Of a stretch of 35,788 bases of DNA, positions 17,292 through 26,848 are shown in pieces. Location of the stretch: the IMG/VR virus record IMGVR_UViG_3300008255_000271, positions 1-35,788 of that record. One strand, 5' to 3'. The translations under genes and the position numbers were made by a program. The stretch comes from a virus (lineage: Duplodnaviria > Caudoviricetes). The notes beneath the pieces were generated by a model, which was not told where the DNA came from, made no database searches, and saw only the letters and a program-made list of their open reading frames with translations. Each line of letters starts with the position of its first letter. Within the stretch, counting starts at the first letter, position 1.

Positions 17292-17764
17292 TACTCGTAT
17301 CTCCTGCTTGGATCCAGAACGTATCGACATTCAACGCTACTCCCTGTGTTAACCACTACTCTGCTTTCGTAAGGCAAAGCGCTTGCATGTAGCCCAATAT
17401 CGAACGTAGCTCGGTTGCCGTTTGTTAAACCTCTTAGAGTTCCAAAAGCTACTACCGAGCCTGTAGGACTCATCACGACCATAGTTTTATCGAAGTAATA
17501 CTCAGGCAATAAAATAGTTGGTCTGCCAGTAGACTCAGAGATAGGCTTCCACAAACCGCCGCGCTGATTCACTTGCCAATCAATAACCTCATCGCACATC
17601 AAATCCCACAAGCTAGTTTCGCATCTACCAGCACGATCAACCCACTGGAATAGATTAGTGGAACAAGCATTGTAGTAGGCAGTGGCTTCAGCTTTAGAAC
17701 TAAACTCGATTTGAGCAAATGCTAGGCTTGGAATTAACAAGAAGAGAACTAATCTTTGCAGCAT
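17291..17764 (-). CDS. Secreted protein of unknown function in the lysis-cassette position
   Basis: MLQRLVLFLLIPSLAFA-Q signal peptide; GLWKPISES..ILLP..NGNRATF motif; 4 Cys. Confidence 0.75.
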   Translation of the reverse strand: MLQRLVLFLLIPSLAFAQIEFSSKAEATAYYNACSTNLFQWVDRAGRCETSLWDLMCDEVIDWQVNQRGGLWKPISESTGRPTILLPEYYFDKTMVVMSPTGSVVAFGTLRGLTNGNRATFDIGLHASALPYESRVVVNTGSSVECRYVLDPSRRYE

Positions 17765-18024
17765 TTCGTAACCCTCTTGTCTAAGTGTGATAAATCCCGT
17801 TGTATATTTTCGGCGTATTTGTAGTGGTCTGTTCTAGTCCAGCGGTCAGTGAGTTTGAACGTCGATATTTCTTCCAATATTGCTCGCTGGCGTAGGTCTG
17901 AGCTTTCTTGAGCTTCCTCAATTCGCACCAGCGTCCGATTACCAAGATAACCAGCAAAAGTGAGAAGTACCCCGATAACGCCAGTAATGAGTCGATTAAC
18001 ATTGTCGTTGTTTCCCTTCGCCAT
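17749..18024 (-). CDS. Single-TM coiled-coil membrane protein (holin/antiholin-like)
   Basis: LITGVIGVLLTFAGYLG TM followed by a charged helical tail. Confidence 0.6.
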   Translation of the reverse strand: MAKGNNDNVNRLITGVIGVLLTFAGYLGNRTLVRIEEAQESSDLRQRAILEEISTFKLTDRWTRTDHYKYAENIQRDLSHLDKRVTKCCKD

Positions 18025-18032
18025 TCATTCCC

Positions 18033-18458
18033 TTACCTCTCAGCAGTGTAGCGATAATGCGCTTTGACCACTGCATCGTAGTTGGGAGAACCGGCACCAC
18101 CGACATCAATGTATGCTCTGATGCAAGGGAGTAGATTAACCCCTGCTGCTGGATTTACAGTGTGAAAAGCGCTTGCTGTAGTTACTTGGGTAAAAGTTAG
18201 TCCGGAAACATCTATCCAGTCGTCTGAGCCGAGCGCTGCATGCTGAATTTTTACGTCCAGCGTTGAGGTTCCAGAGTTAAACGTGGCGTCCAGCGAGAAG
18301 ATGAAATCCGTAGCAGCGTCCGGTAAGCAAATACCGTCAGCGTCGGTGTCATCTGCGGTTATCGCCGCGTCGCTAAATATTTGGCTTACTCGACCACTTG
18401 CGGCATGAACGTCTGAAACTAGCACCACAAAGAGAGCTAGGAATATTAAGTGTCTCAT
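18033..18458 (-). CDS. Signal-peptide-bearing jelly-roll capsid decoration/cement-like protein
   Basis: MRHLIFLALFVVLVSDVHA-A signal; TLDVKIQH..W.DV..TFTQVT..IRAYIDVGG resembles phage cement jelly-rolls; 2 Cys. Confidence 0.65.
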   Translation of the reverse strand: MRHLIFLALFVVLVSDVHAASGRVSQIFSDAAITADDTDADGICLPDAATDFIFSLDATFNSGTSTLDVKIQHAALGSDDWIDVSGLTFTQVTTASAFHTVNPAAGVNLLPCIRAYIDVGGAGSPNYDAVVKAHYRYTAER

Positions 18459-18478
18459 TCGATAGCTCCTTATGTAGA

Positions 18479-18856
18479 CTAATCTAGGCCAACTGAAACC
18501 CAGTCAATTGCGCCAACTTTGAAAAGCAATGCGCTCTTAGTAGTTGCAAGCGTTACCGCCGCTCCAGCGGAGCCGCCGTTAATCTTCTCTGAAGAAGTAT
18601 TCGGGAATATATTAACCGTTTGGGCTCCGCCGTTCTTTATGAACACCTGAGAGCCAACGCTAAAAGGTGGGAGCTTGACACCAGTGCTCGCAGCGGCTGT
18701 TCCGATAACATTAACGCCCTTAGTGAGCTTCAACGCGTCCGCAATAGTTGTTCCTGCTGCAGTTAGTCCTGTAGCCGTGTCGTGAACGCCTTGCGCTACA
18801 CGTCCTGCTAGTTCTGGAGCTAACCCCAGACCTGATAATTCACTTGCTGTTGCCAT
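18479..18856 (-). CDS. Minor virion structural protein
   Basis: Likely start MATASELS at 18856; Ala/Gly/Thr-rich, GVKLP..IKNGG..IFP..KING pattern. Confidence 0.65.
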   Translation of the reverse strand: MATASELSGLGLAPELAGRVAQGVHDTATGLTAAGTTIADALKLTKGVNVIGTAAASTGVKLPPFSVGSQVFIKNGGAQTVNIFPNTSSEKINGGSAGAAVTLATTKSALLFKVGAIDWVSVGLD

Positions 18857-19475
18857 TCTTTTTTCCCTTAGTTTCGGTTTTCTTTTCTTCTGCCGCAATC
18901 TTCTGATGCTTTGCAATATCCGCTTCCATCGCGCTCATGCGCTCCATCAGCTTCTTATTCTCTGCCATCAACTCAACGACGTTAGTCTGCCCGCTTTCTT
19001 CCTTTGCTCGAAGATGTTGGCGTGCTTTCTCTCGAATAGCGACGCGATTCTTGCCGAGACGGTGCAGCTCATGATCTCCAATCGCTGCAACCTGCTCGAC
19101 AGTCTTTAAGTCTTCAAACAATAAAGTAGAACGATCGGAGTCGCCAATAACATGCCATTCCGAAAGGAGTGTGCCGTAAACTTCTTTACGGTCGTGAAAC
19201 GCTTCATACAACGGCTTTAACTCTGCCTTCTGCTTAGGGCTTAAATCCTTTACTCGGATAGGCACTGTGCAAAACTTATCGTTAGAGATGAGACAGATTT
19301 CTTCGGTTCGGTACATTTCCTTGTTCCCAACCTGCGAAGCCCGCTCGTCGTATATTTCCAACTCACAAAACTGAGCTGTCTGCGTTCCTAAAGCCCCTAC
19401 AGTCGGTTTCTTGACTAGTCCATTGCTGGTGTCGCCAAACGACGTAGGTGCTACAAATCCCTCTGGTAATGACAT
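18840..19475 (-). CDS. Head-module protein with C-terminal coiled coil
   Basis: 211 aa, GTLLSEW..LKTVEQVA motif, located after the capsid and decoration genes. Confidence 0.7.
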   Translation of the reverse strand: MSLPEGFVAPTSFGDTSNGLVKKPTVGALGTQTAQFCELEIYDERASQVGNKEMYRTEEICLISNDKFCTVPIRVKDLSPKQKAELKPLYEAFHDRKEVYGTLLSEWHVIGDSDRSTLLFEDLKTVEQVAAIGDHELHRLGKNRVAIREKARQHLRAKEESGQTNVVELMAENKKLMERMSAMEADIAKHQKIAAEEKKTETKGKKNGNSK

Positions 19476-19498
19476 GCTATTTGCCTCCGATGTCGTTA

Positions 19499-19990
19499 TT
19501 AAGTTGCTGCTACTGTCATGTTAGTTTGAAGCAGACCAGCCGCGCGAATCGTTACGACTCCGCCCGAACCAGATGCATCGACCGCAAACGCTCCATCTAC
19601 GTTATCACCGCCGGAGCCTAGTGTTCCGGGCGTGGTGGTAGTCGTAAGCTGAGCATCTGCACTGATAGTGGTAGCAAGTAATGCTTCCTCAGTGCCCATT
19701 CCGCGCCAGAACCATCCCCAGTAGTTGTCTGCAAGGCCATCAGCGGCTATGCAAATTCCCAACTGAGTATTGGTTGATCCAGATTCGGCAGTAGTAACCG
19801 TGTCGAAGTCGTAAACGCCTTCAACAAACTTACATGCCTGGCCGACTGTGATCGCTCCGTTAGCTGACCCGTAAACATACAACCCGCTATCACAACGAAC
19901 TGTGTCTCCTGGTGCATACTCTGGGACTGTGCTGGATGATCCCAACGCCACGTTTGTATATGCTGATCCGTCAAGGACTTTTCTTGCCAT
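19499..19990 (-). CDS. Capsid decoration / cement protein
   Basis: Immediately downstream of the capsid gene; YVYG..GAIT..YWGWFW pattern; Gly/Ala/Thr-rich. Confidence 0.7.
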   Translation of the reverse strand: MARKVLDGSAYTNVALGSSSTVPEYAPGDTVRCDSGLYVYGSANGAITVGQACKFVEGVYDFDTVTTAESGSTNTQLGICIAADGLADNYWGWFWRGMGTEEALLATTISADAQLTTTTTPGTLGSGGDNVDGAFAVDASGSGGVVTIRAAGLLQTNMTVAAT

Positions 19991-20008
19991 TTTATCTAAT
20001 CTCCCTGA

Positions 20009-21001
20009 TTAACTGTCGAACAATGCAAAGTTAAGACGTGGTGCTGAACAAGTAGCGTTACCCATCCAGATCATTAGTTTAACTTTAACTTCTTGGTTTA
20101 TAGACATTTGCTCAGGTAGTGGAGTTAGATCAGCGTCTTTGTGAACTCTAACTTTAGTGTATCGAGTGTTGATACCGTAAGTTAGGTCGCTTTGAACTTG
20201 ATCTTGTCCGCCGAATGATACCCCGCCACCCATTACGCATGGGATGCCTTGATACATTAGCTTCTTATATCCTGCCTTCGCTGTTGATGCGTCTGTGACG
20301 ATCTGAATCGCTTGCAACGCTTCTTCTAGATAGCCGTAATGAGACTCCCCCATGTAAAGCAATGTTGGTCTGTCCGATCCGCGTGTTGTTCTTCGGATAC
20401 AGTGACTCAAGTATTGCTTAATGTTTGCTGAAGAAGTTGCTACGCCGCTTGCTGGCGCGTCTGATGAAGTATCAAAAGCAAAGTTCTGAGCGAACTCATT
20501 ACCGCTTCGTGTGATACCACCGAAAGAACCCGCTGTTGGAGTCTTAGAGATGATCATCTTCAAACCACCGATCTGCTTACCGCTGTCGGCTGTTCCGTCA
20601 GATAGCAAATCAGATTCGTAGTAGTTCTTAGCTGTGATCTCAGATGCACGAACACGACCTTTAACGAGCTTAATCTTGCTCTCATTCGATGCGTTCATAC
20701 GCTCTTCACGTCCGTTTATGACAGTAGCGATTCCGAACTGTTTCCAGTCGTGTTCAAATGCTGTCATTACTGGATTGTAGGCGGTGCTGAATACTTCTGA
20801 TCCGTGATAACGCTGAAACGTATCATTCTCATCGAACATGATCTCTTCGATGATTGAACGTCCACCTGGCTCCATCTCAATCGCATCATATTCCTTCATT
20901 GATTCCAACAAAGGGATGTTGTTTGTGATGTCGTCTTTTAATACACCGCTACGTCTTCGCTGAATCGCGGTGACAATTTCACTTAGTCCTGGTTCTGCCA
21001 T
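20009..21001 (-). CDS. Major capsid protein (HK97 fold)
   Basis: 330 aa after the scaffold gene; GGRSIIE, WKQ, SDGTADSGKQIGGL and GNATCS motifs typical of this capsid family. Confidence 0.9.
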   Translation of the reverse strand: MAEPGLSEIVTAIQRRRSGVLKDDITNNIPLLESMKEYDAIEMEPGGRSIIEEIMFDENDTFQRYHGSEVFSTAYNPVMTAFEHDWKQFGIATVINGREERMNASNESKIKLVKGRVRASEITAKNYYESDLLSDGTADSGKQIGGLKMIISKTPTAGSFGGITRSGNEFAQNFAFDTSSDAPASGVATSSANIKQYLSHCIRRTTRGSDRPTLLYMGESHYGYLEEALQAIQIVTDASTAKAGYKKLMYQGIPCVMGGGVSFGGQDQVQSDLTYGINTRYTKVRVHKDADLTPLPEQMSINQEVKVKLMIWMGNATCSAPRLNFALFDS

Positions 21002-21047
21002 TTTCTAGCCCTGGTAGTGCTCCAAGGCTATCAAATGGGCCTCGGAG

Positions 21048-22226
21048 TTAGATTAATTCGTCGAAGACCGCCGCTATCGAATCGTCCAAACTCTCCCCCC
21101 GTTTCGCTATTGCGCTATTAGGGATTGCTGGATTGCCTCGACCGCGTACTGAAACGCTGGCGTTCTTCACTCTCTGGATGTCATTTGTTGGAAGTTTCGG
21201 ACTTGAAGCCGCAGAAGGACTGCCTGTGTATTTCCCGTCGAAGACTCTAAGCTGTTGAACTACTCGCTTAAATGCTTCGCCCCAGGGAATATTAGGCTGG
21301 GTCTTGCGCAAGTCGGAGACGAATGGCTTCGCTCGTTCTATGTAATTATCGTCATGCAACTCAGGGTAGGCATACCTACCATCTGGTGTCATTTCGTTTT
21401 GAGCTGCTCTAAACTCCTGCTCGGCTTGTGTTACCACTTGGCGTTGCTGGGTTTGGGCCTCTCTCTGGTTTAATAGTTGCACAAGTTTCTCTTCTGTCAA
21501 TCCCCCGTTTTGCGGAGACTGAGAAGGTTGAGCTTGTGGTTGTGCGTTTCCGTTCTGTGATGCTTGGTAAAGCTGCTCAGGAGTAACGCCGTTTTTCTGC
21601 AAGATTGTCAGGCAACCAGCAATCGGGCCTTGCTTTGCAAAGATATCCTGAACGCCGCAAAGCTCTCTAATCACCTGCCCCTCAGTGAGTCCGTTTAGGT
21701 TCCACTGTGGTAAGTAATGATTGATTACTTTGTTTACGTCCTCATAGCGGGCCTTCTCGCGGTTAGCGTCTTGCCACACCTTGGTCGACTGCGCTTCCTG
21801 ATCGGCGATCATCTTCGAGATCTCTTCTTGAGCTTCTCGCGGCTGTTTTAAAAACCACTCTTTCTTATCAACAGGGAATCGAGCAGGCGGTTGAATCGGC
21901 TCAAGCTCTACTGCTTCGGCTTCTTCTCCTTGTTCTCCTGCTGGTTCTTCTTGCTTGCCGCCGAGGTCGAGGCTGTCTTTTTCGCGGGTTTTGCGCTTGC
22001 GGCTCCGAGAGAGACGGCTCGCAGCTTCGGAAACTTCCTTGTCAACGGGTTTTCGCTCTTTCTTACCTTGATCCCCTTGTAACTCTTTGTCTGCTTCATC
22101 TGCTGCCAGTTCCTCCATTACCGCGTCAACGGAGTCATCTAACGACTCCCCTGCATCCGCGCTGCCTTCTAAGTCTAGGTCTGCTTCGTTTATGTCAAAA
22201 TCGTCTTCTAGTTGTTGCTCACTCAT
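21048..22226 (-). CDS. Capsid scaffolding protein
   Basis: Acidic/Gln-rich helical protein between portal and capsid. Start 22226 is preferred on GGAGG spacing. Confidence 0.75.
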   Translation of the reverse strand: MSEQQLEDDFDINEADLDLEGSADAGESLDDSVDAVMEELAADEADKELQGDQGKKERKPVDKEVSEAASRLSRSRKRKTREKDSLDLGGKQEEPAGEQGEEAEAVELEPIQPPARFPVDKKEWFLKQPREAQEEISKMIADQEAQSTKVWQDANREKARYEDVNKVINHYLPQWNLNGLTEGQVIRELCGVQDIFAKQGPIAGCLTILQKNGVTPEQLYQASQNGNAQPQAQPSQSPQNGGLTEEKLVQLLNQREAQTQQRQVVTQAEQEFRAAQNEMTPDGRYAYPELHDDNYIERAKPFVSDLRKTQPNIPWGEAFKRVVQQLRVFDGKYTGSPSAASSPKLPTNDIQRVKNASVSVRGRGNPAIPNSAIAKRGESLDDSIAAVFDELI

Positions 22227-22659
22227 AATCATTGCCTCCGTCGTCGTATTTAGCTTCTTTGTACATTCCGTTTTCGAGTTGGTTGTCGATGGTCTTGCAC
22301 ATCTCTTTGTCTAACTCTGTTAGTGGTGCCATGCCGTCACGCACATCGTAGTATGCGCGGGCTGTGTCTTCCTCTAACTGCCTGTTGTATTCGTCTGTCT
22401 CGTATTTATCCGTAGCCTTCTGGCTCTGACCCTTCATGTCGTGACCGACAATTTCATAGCCGTGTTCCTTTACGTGTCGTTCGTAGCGTGACCGTGAATC
22501 GAACACCTCGCCGGTTATCATCGAAACAATACCCTCCGGTACGTGGTCGGTTCTTATCGTATGAACTCGCGGCTTAGGCACCTCAACGTAAGGCACTAAC
22601 TGCACCTTCCCGTCGATTTCCTTAAACGTCCATTTGCCGCGCTCTGGTTTATGCTCCAT
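22219..22659 (-). CDS. Hypothetical head-module protein
   Basis: SMITGEVFDSRSRYERHVKEHGYEIVG motif, typical of the gene between portal and scaffold in such phages. Confidence 0.75.
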   Translation of the reverse strand: MEHKPERGKWTFKEIDGKVQLVPYVEVPKPRVHTIRTDHVPEGIVSMITGEVFDSRSRYERHVKEHGYEIVGHDMKGQSQKATDKYETDEYNRQLEEDTARAYYDVRDGMAPLTELDKEMCKTIDNQLENGMYKEAKYDDGGNDYE

Positions 22660-22822
22660 CTTCTTCGCCTCCTTCTTTTAATGACTCAGTAGCCCGCAGT
22701 CGCTCCCCGCTAATCATGTAACCGCACGAAGGACAGAAAAACACATCAGCAAATGGTGCGTTCTTCATCTCGTCCTCTTTGCACATTCCACACAGCGGCG
22801 GGACAAACTCCTTATCTGACAT
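22649..22822 (-). CDS. Small Zn-ribbon protein
   Basis: CGMC...CPSC motif; GGAGG before MSDKEF. Confidence 0.6.
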   Translation of the reverse strand: MSDKEFVPPLCGMCKEDEMKNAPFADVFFCPSCGYMISGERLRATESLKEGGEEDGA

Positions 22823-25001
22823 AGGCCTCCGGCTTGCTCGCATCTCTGACTTTCAACGCTGTTTCTACTTGTAAGCGTTCCTCTGTCATCAAGCGTTCTT
22901 CCATGTCGCGGCTTAACCACTCGCGTTCCATCTCAATCTTTGAAGACTCAAGAAACGCATCAAGCTCGGCAATCTGGCCTTGCAACGCGATCTTTTGTTG
23001 ATCGTTCTGAGAGTCAGACATAATCTTTTGCACCTGGACTTGAAGCTGCTGCGCTTTGATCTGCAACTCAGCTTGCTGCAACTGCATCTTGCCTTGCGCT
23101 AATTGCATCTCCATTTGCATCTTCTGTTGCTGCATTTGCCCGTCCATCTGAGCCTTCGCCATTGCTGGGTCTGGCTGCTGCGGTGGTGGCTGCATTGCTT
23201 GCTGTGTCATCTGCGCTAGTAGTGGCTCAAGTGCGCCTTCTATCTGCTTGCCACCTCGAACGCCGCGAATCACATACATAACCAACTGCGCTACGATCGG
23301 CGTTAGTTGTGGATTTTGCTGCGACATCTTGCCGAGCCCCTCGAGTCCTTGGAATAGAACTTTCGCTAAGTAGTTTCGCTGCTCGATCTCTGCGTTCTGG
23401 TTAGTCGTGATCGTCGAGTCTGTCTCGATATCAATCCTAAGCATCCGCTCGTTGTCGTTCTGTAGTAGTTCGAGCGCGTAAGGAAATACCGCCTGGTCCT
23501 GTTGCGGCATATACTGAAAGCCCATGATCTCCTGTAGCTTCTCAGTTGGGAACTTATGAAGCGCGAGATCGCACATCATTTCGATCGTATCTCTGACCAA
23601 TCGCTGAAACTCTCTCTGCGTAGAGCTAAAGCGAAGCGAAGCGTAATCGCCTTTGAGCTGTTGAGCTGCCGCTGTTTCTTTGGGGTCAGAGTTGCCGCGT
23701 AGAATATCAGGGATGCCTAGCACCTCGTTAAACTTCGCCTCAAACATCTCCGTAATCTGCGCCATTGTTTGGATAGCGCTTACTAGCTCATCTGTCGGGA
23801 AGAACTCAACGAGCCGATCAAGGCCACCGTCGCCGATTAGCTCTTTGAAGTTGTTAACCATGATGAAGTCGCCTTCCGACTCAGTCATTAGAGCGGCAAG
23901 CTCAGGTACTGAGCCATCTGCAAGCCCGCGCTTCTTGATCGACTTAAAGAGTCGACGCATACGGTCTGCTGCTGCGTGAAGCTGATTAATTAAAGGGCGT
24001 AGTTGCGCATAGTCTGGAGCAGCATATAGATCATCGACGCCGACAATGCCGAGCATGAACGGTGCGCACGGGAAGAAGTTCGCCAGCTCGTATGGATCGT
24101 CCCTAGTGTCGAGGAAATCTTCCTTGTAGCACTCTGTCACCCAGTAAACTGTCTTAGTGCGCTTGCACCACACTTCCCAGACTGAGAGATACTTATCGCC
24201 TGCTTTGGTTTTCTTCTCTTTGTCTTCATCGCCGTCGTTGTGCGCTCCGTAGCTAACGGCTTGAGCAATTTCCTCGCCAAAACGATCCTCGACGTCTGCC
24301 TTGATCATCATCGAGTGGAAACCTATCCACTCCAGCTCTTCCCATGTTCTAGCGTTGGGAGTGTGAAGCAAATCGCGATGAAAAACAGGCATAGACTCTG
24401 CTTTAACTTCGTCGAGCGATTCCTCGACCATCTCGGCGTAAACTCTGCCGTCGTCGTCCTGATAAAGCTCCTTGTCCTCTTCTGGTAGATTACCCTCGTC
24501 GTCAAAGAAACCAGCTTGCCCTTCAACCTCGCGGCGCTCATAGAACTTCTGAGACTTGTTTTCGTTTACTAGCGCATCGAAGAACACTCTAGTAGTAGCG
24601 CGGCCTGAATGTATGTAGTTGTCGCGAGTATGATACATCGTGCGATCGAATGGGCACGCTCTCATCAAGTGCTTCGCAAGGCGCTCTTGCATTATTGCAG
24701 CAACTCGCGCCACTTCGTCGCTCATGTCGTCGAATCGTTTCTCTATGACTGGCACAGGAGTGCGAGAGTAAAGCGCTGGCTGAATAGTGCGAACAGATGA
24801 GTAATAGATCGGATAGCGCGCAGCGTTCTTATTCTCTAGAATAGACCCTTTTTTATCGCAGCCTAGATACTCCTTCCATGCCTCGTCGGCTAAGTCGTTG
24901 TGCTCCTTCTGCGCTTCCTTAGCTGCATCAAGCTGCGTTAACCAATACGCCACGCTGTAAGTCTTGGTGCTATCCTGTTGATCTTCATTACCAGTTTCCA
25001 T
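22812..25001 (-). CDS. Portal protein with Gln-rich C-terminal helical barrel
   Basis: 729 aa directly after TerL; GIPDILRG..ETAAAQQLK and RIDIETDSTI motifs. Confidence 0.9.
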   Translation of the reverse strand: METGNEDQQDSTKTYSVAYWLTQLDAAKEAQKEHNDLADEAWKEYLGCDKKGSILENKNAARYPIYYSSVRTIQPALYSRTPVPVIEKRFDDMSDEVARVAAIMQERLAKHLMRACPFDRTMYHTRDNYIHSGRATTRVFFDALVNENKSQKFYERREVEGQAGFFDDEGNLPEEDKELYQDDDGRVYAEMVEESLDEVKAESMPVFHRDLLHTPNARTWEELEWIGFHSMMIKADVEDRFGEEIAQAVSYGAHNDGDEDKEKKTKAGDKYLSVWEVWCKRTKTVYWVTECYKEDFLDTRDDPYELANFFPCAPFMLGIVGVDDLYAAPDYAQLRPLINQLHAAADRMRRLFKSIKKRGLADGSVPELAALMTESEGDFIMVNNFKELIGDGGLDRLVEFFPTDELVSAIQTMAQITEMFEAKFNEVLGIPDILRGNSDPKETAAAQQLKGDYASLRFSSTQREFQRLVRDTIEMMCDLALHKFPTEKLQEIMGFQYMPQQDQAVFPYALELLQNDNERMLRIDIETDSTITTNQNAEIEQRNYLAKVLFQGLEGLGKMSQQNPQLTPIVAQLVMYVIRGVRGGKQIEGALEPLLAQMTQQAMQPPPQQPDPAMAKAQMDGQMQQQKMQMEMQLAQGKMQLQQAELQIKAQQLQVQVQKIMSDSQNDQQKIALQGQIAELDAFLESSKIEMEREWLSRDMEERLMTEERLQVETALKVRDASKPEAYVR

Positions 25002-26490
25002 TCACGCTCACTCTGATTTGACGCGACTTCTCCACCGCCTGGTCGAACGTCATTTTGTTTGTAATATTTGCTGGGTTGATCGGTTTTCCTGGAGCGTCGA
25101 ACGCTATGGCACGGGCCGTACACGCAAGCCGGATGGTGTCGCATACGTGCGTTGCTTCGCCGGACTCTTCTGCGTCTTCGCCTTTGGTCTTGTGTCTTGG
25201 TAGTGCTGGCACATAGTCGCGTGCATACTTCGCACTGCGAACAAAGAAGATCATCGGCGTTGTGTCTTCGTCATTACTGTCGATCTTTACGCCTATTAAT
25301 CGTGAGCGCATCTGCGACCAGCCAGGGATGCGAGAAGTATCACCATGGGTTAAATGCACGCCGTTGTCAGCGAATGTCTCAGCGATTGTCTTACCGCCAC
25401 GATCCTGAAATGGTAGTGAGTCTGTTACTGTCGCAATGCGCGCCTCACTTGGATGTTGCGAGCGTTGCAAGATGCCTGTCGCAATGTCTTCGTTGCGCAT
25501 CCTGTTACCTTTTGCGGGGTTCTCTTCGTCGCAGCCATACCACTCGCGGTAACAGATCAGTGCGTTGCGTGGATACCAACGCTTTACGCCATTGTGGTCT
25601 GTGAACGACTCGCCATCTGATACAGCCCACCAAAGAACGCAGAACGGCTCGGCAGTTCCCCAGTCAAAAGAGCGATAACGAAACCAGTGGGCCGGTGGCT
25701 CAAAGTCTTCGATGACGTGCTTTCGCTCATCCCATTCTTTGAAGAAGTCACCAATTGGCGCATCCCAGTCGCCCTCTATGAGAGCTTGAGCAATAGCAGC
25801 GTCATACATACCGGAGACACGCCCACGGGTTGCGCTTTCGTCTTCGCTTGGGTTGTCGTGGACTCTTGAGGGTATGTATTGCCGCTTGAACCCTTCCACT
25901 TCTTCGATCTCATACTCGGCGCGGGCTTTGACAAAGTGGCGGCGAAAAAAGCCGATAGATACGCCGATAGGATTCGCTGTGTAGATGATGCGAGGAAACA
26001 TTCCCTTAAACTGCTCAGGAAGCGCCGCCTTCATTTCAACTGGCATAGTCACCCAACCGCGGAACGTCCTAAGAAGCCGCTCGCCGATCTGTGTAGCCTC
26101 ATCTACAAACAATACATGCGTCGCGATACCTTGCGCCGACTCGAACTGTCGCTCGTCTTGGCAATGTTTAAAAGTAATGCGGCTATCGTTGTCGAACGAA
26201 ACACCGTCTTGTGTAACTTTAGCTTTGCCCGCCTTTACAAACGGCTTGAGCACATCGTCAAAACCACCAGGGCCGTAAACGTGGTTGTCGAGAATGTCTT
26301 GGAATTTCTTCCGAATCAAAACACATTGAAGGTTCGGGATAGCTACGCACCATGCGATTAACGCCATGCGTGTGCCGTGGCTCTTGCCTCCACGAGTCGC
26401 GCCACCAAATAGAATCTCGGTAGCCTTAGAGAAAAACATCATCTCTTGCTTGGGATAGAGACTGATCTCTACATCAATCGCCGCTGTCAT
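24988..26490 (-). CDS. terL: Terminase large subunit
   Basis: Walker A FGGATRGGKS, Walker B LFVDEA, motif III TANP, nuclease SFDWG and HVCDTIR. Confidence 0.95.
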   Translation of the reverse strand: MTAAIDVEISLYPKQEMMFFSKATEILFGGATRGGKSHGTRMALIAWCVAIPNLQCVLIRKKFQDILDNHVYGPGGFDDVLKPFVKAGKAKVTQDGVSFDNDSRITFKHCQDERQFESAQGIATHVLFVDEATQIGERLLRTFRGWVTMPVEMKAALPEQFKGMFPRIIYTANPIGVSIGFFRRHFVKARAEYEIEEVEGFKRQYIPSRVHDNPSEDESATRGRVSGMYDAAIAQALIEGDWDAPIGDFFKEWDERKHVIEDFEPPAHWFRYRSFDWGTAEPFCVLWWAVSDGESFTDHNGVKRWYPRNALICYREWYGCDEENPAKGNRMRNEDIATGILQRSQHPSEARIATVTDSLPFQDRGGKTIAETFADNGVHLTHGDTSRIPGWSQMRSRLIGVKIDSNDEDTTPMIFFVRSAKYARDYVPALPRHKTKGEDAEESGEATHVCDTIRLACTARAIAFDAPGKPINPANITNKMTFDQAVEKSRQIRVSVNGNW

Positions 26491-26758
26491 CTAACGGCTC
26501 GTATGTTTTGGATTTGATTACTAGGTTGATTGCTATCGGGCCGCCGTCTTCGCCGGTAATAGCCTGAGCCGGTTTACCCCATGCTCGGTCAAGGATTGAG
26601 TTAGACGCCTGAATCGCCACTTTCTCGTCCTCGCTGTCTATGAGCTTAACTAGACGATTGATGGCCTTGACTGAGTTCTTGCGCGCTAATTCCCGCACTT
26701 CATTAGGTACTTTAGGTCTGCCGCTAGGGTTTCCGCTCTTACCTTTGACGAACGCCAT
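26474..26758 (-). CDS. terS: Terminase small subunit (DUF5681-like)
   Basis: FVKGKSGNPSGRPK..ILDRAWGKPAQ..GEDGGPI; directly upstream of TerL. Confidence 0.85.
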   Translation of the reverse strand: MAFVKGKSGNPSGRPKVPNEVRELARKNSVKAINRLVKLIDSEDEKVAIQASNSILDRAWGKPAQAITGEDGGPIAINLVIKSKTYEPLDDSGD

Positions 26759-26848
26759 TGATATACCGTTGTTAGCAACGTAGATTTAACTACGCAAAAA
26801 GTTCATAGGTGATGAAATAATTGCACAGTTTTTCTATCTGGCAAGGGG

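Noticed and set aside
18857-18916. N-terminal extensions in the ORF track (also 3307, 1844, 2317, 11397, 17330, 22843, 30865)
   Set aside because: Downstream starts have better RBS spacing or stop-start coupling, so coordinates were trimmed.
23680-26361. Plus-strand ORFs within the portal and terminase genes
   Set aside because: Antisense to conserved genes, with no motifs or RBS.
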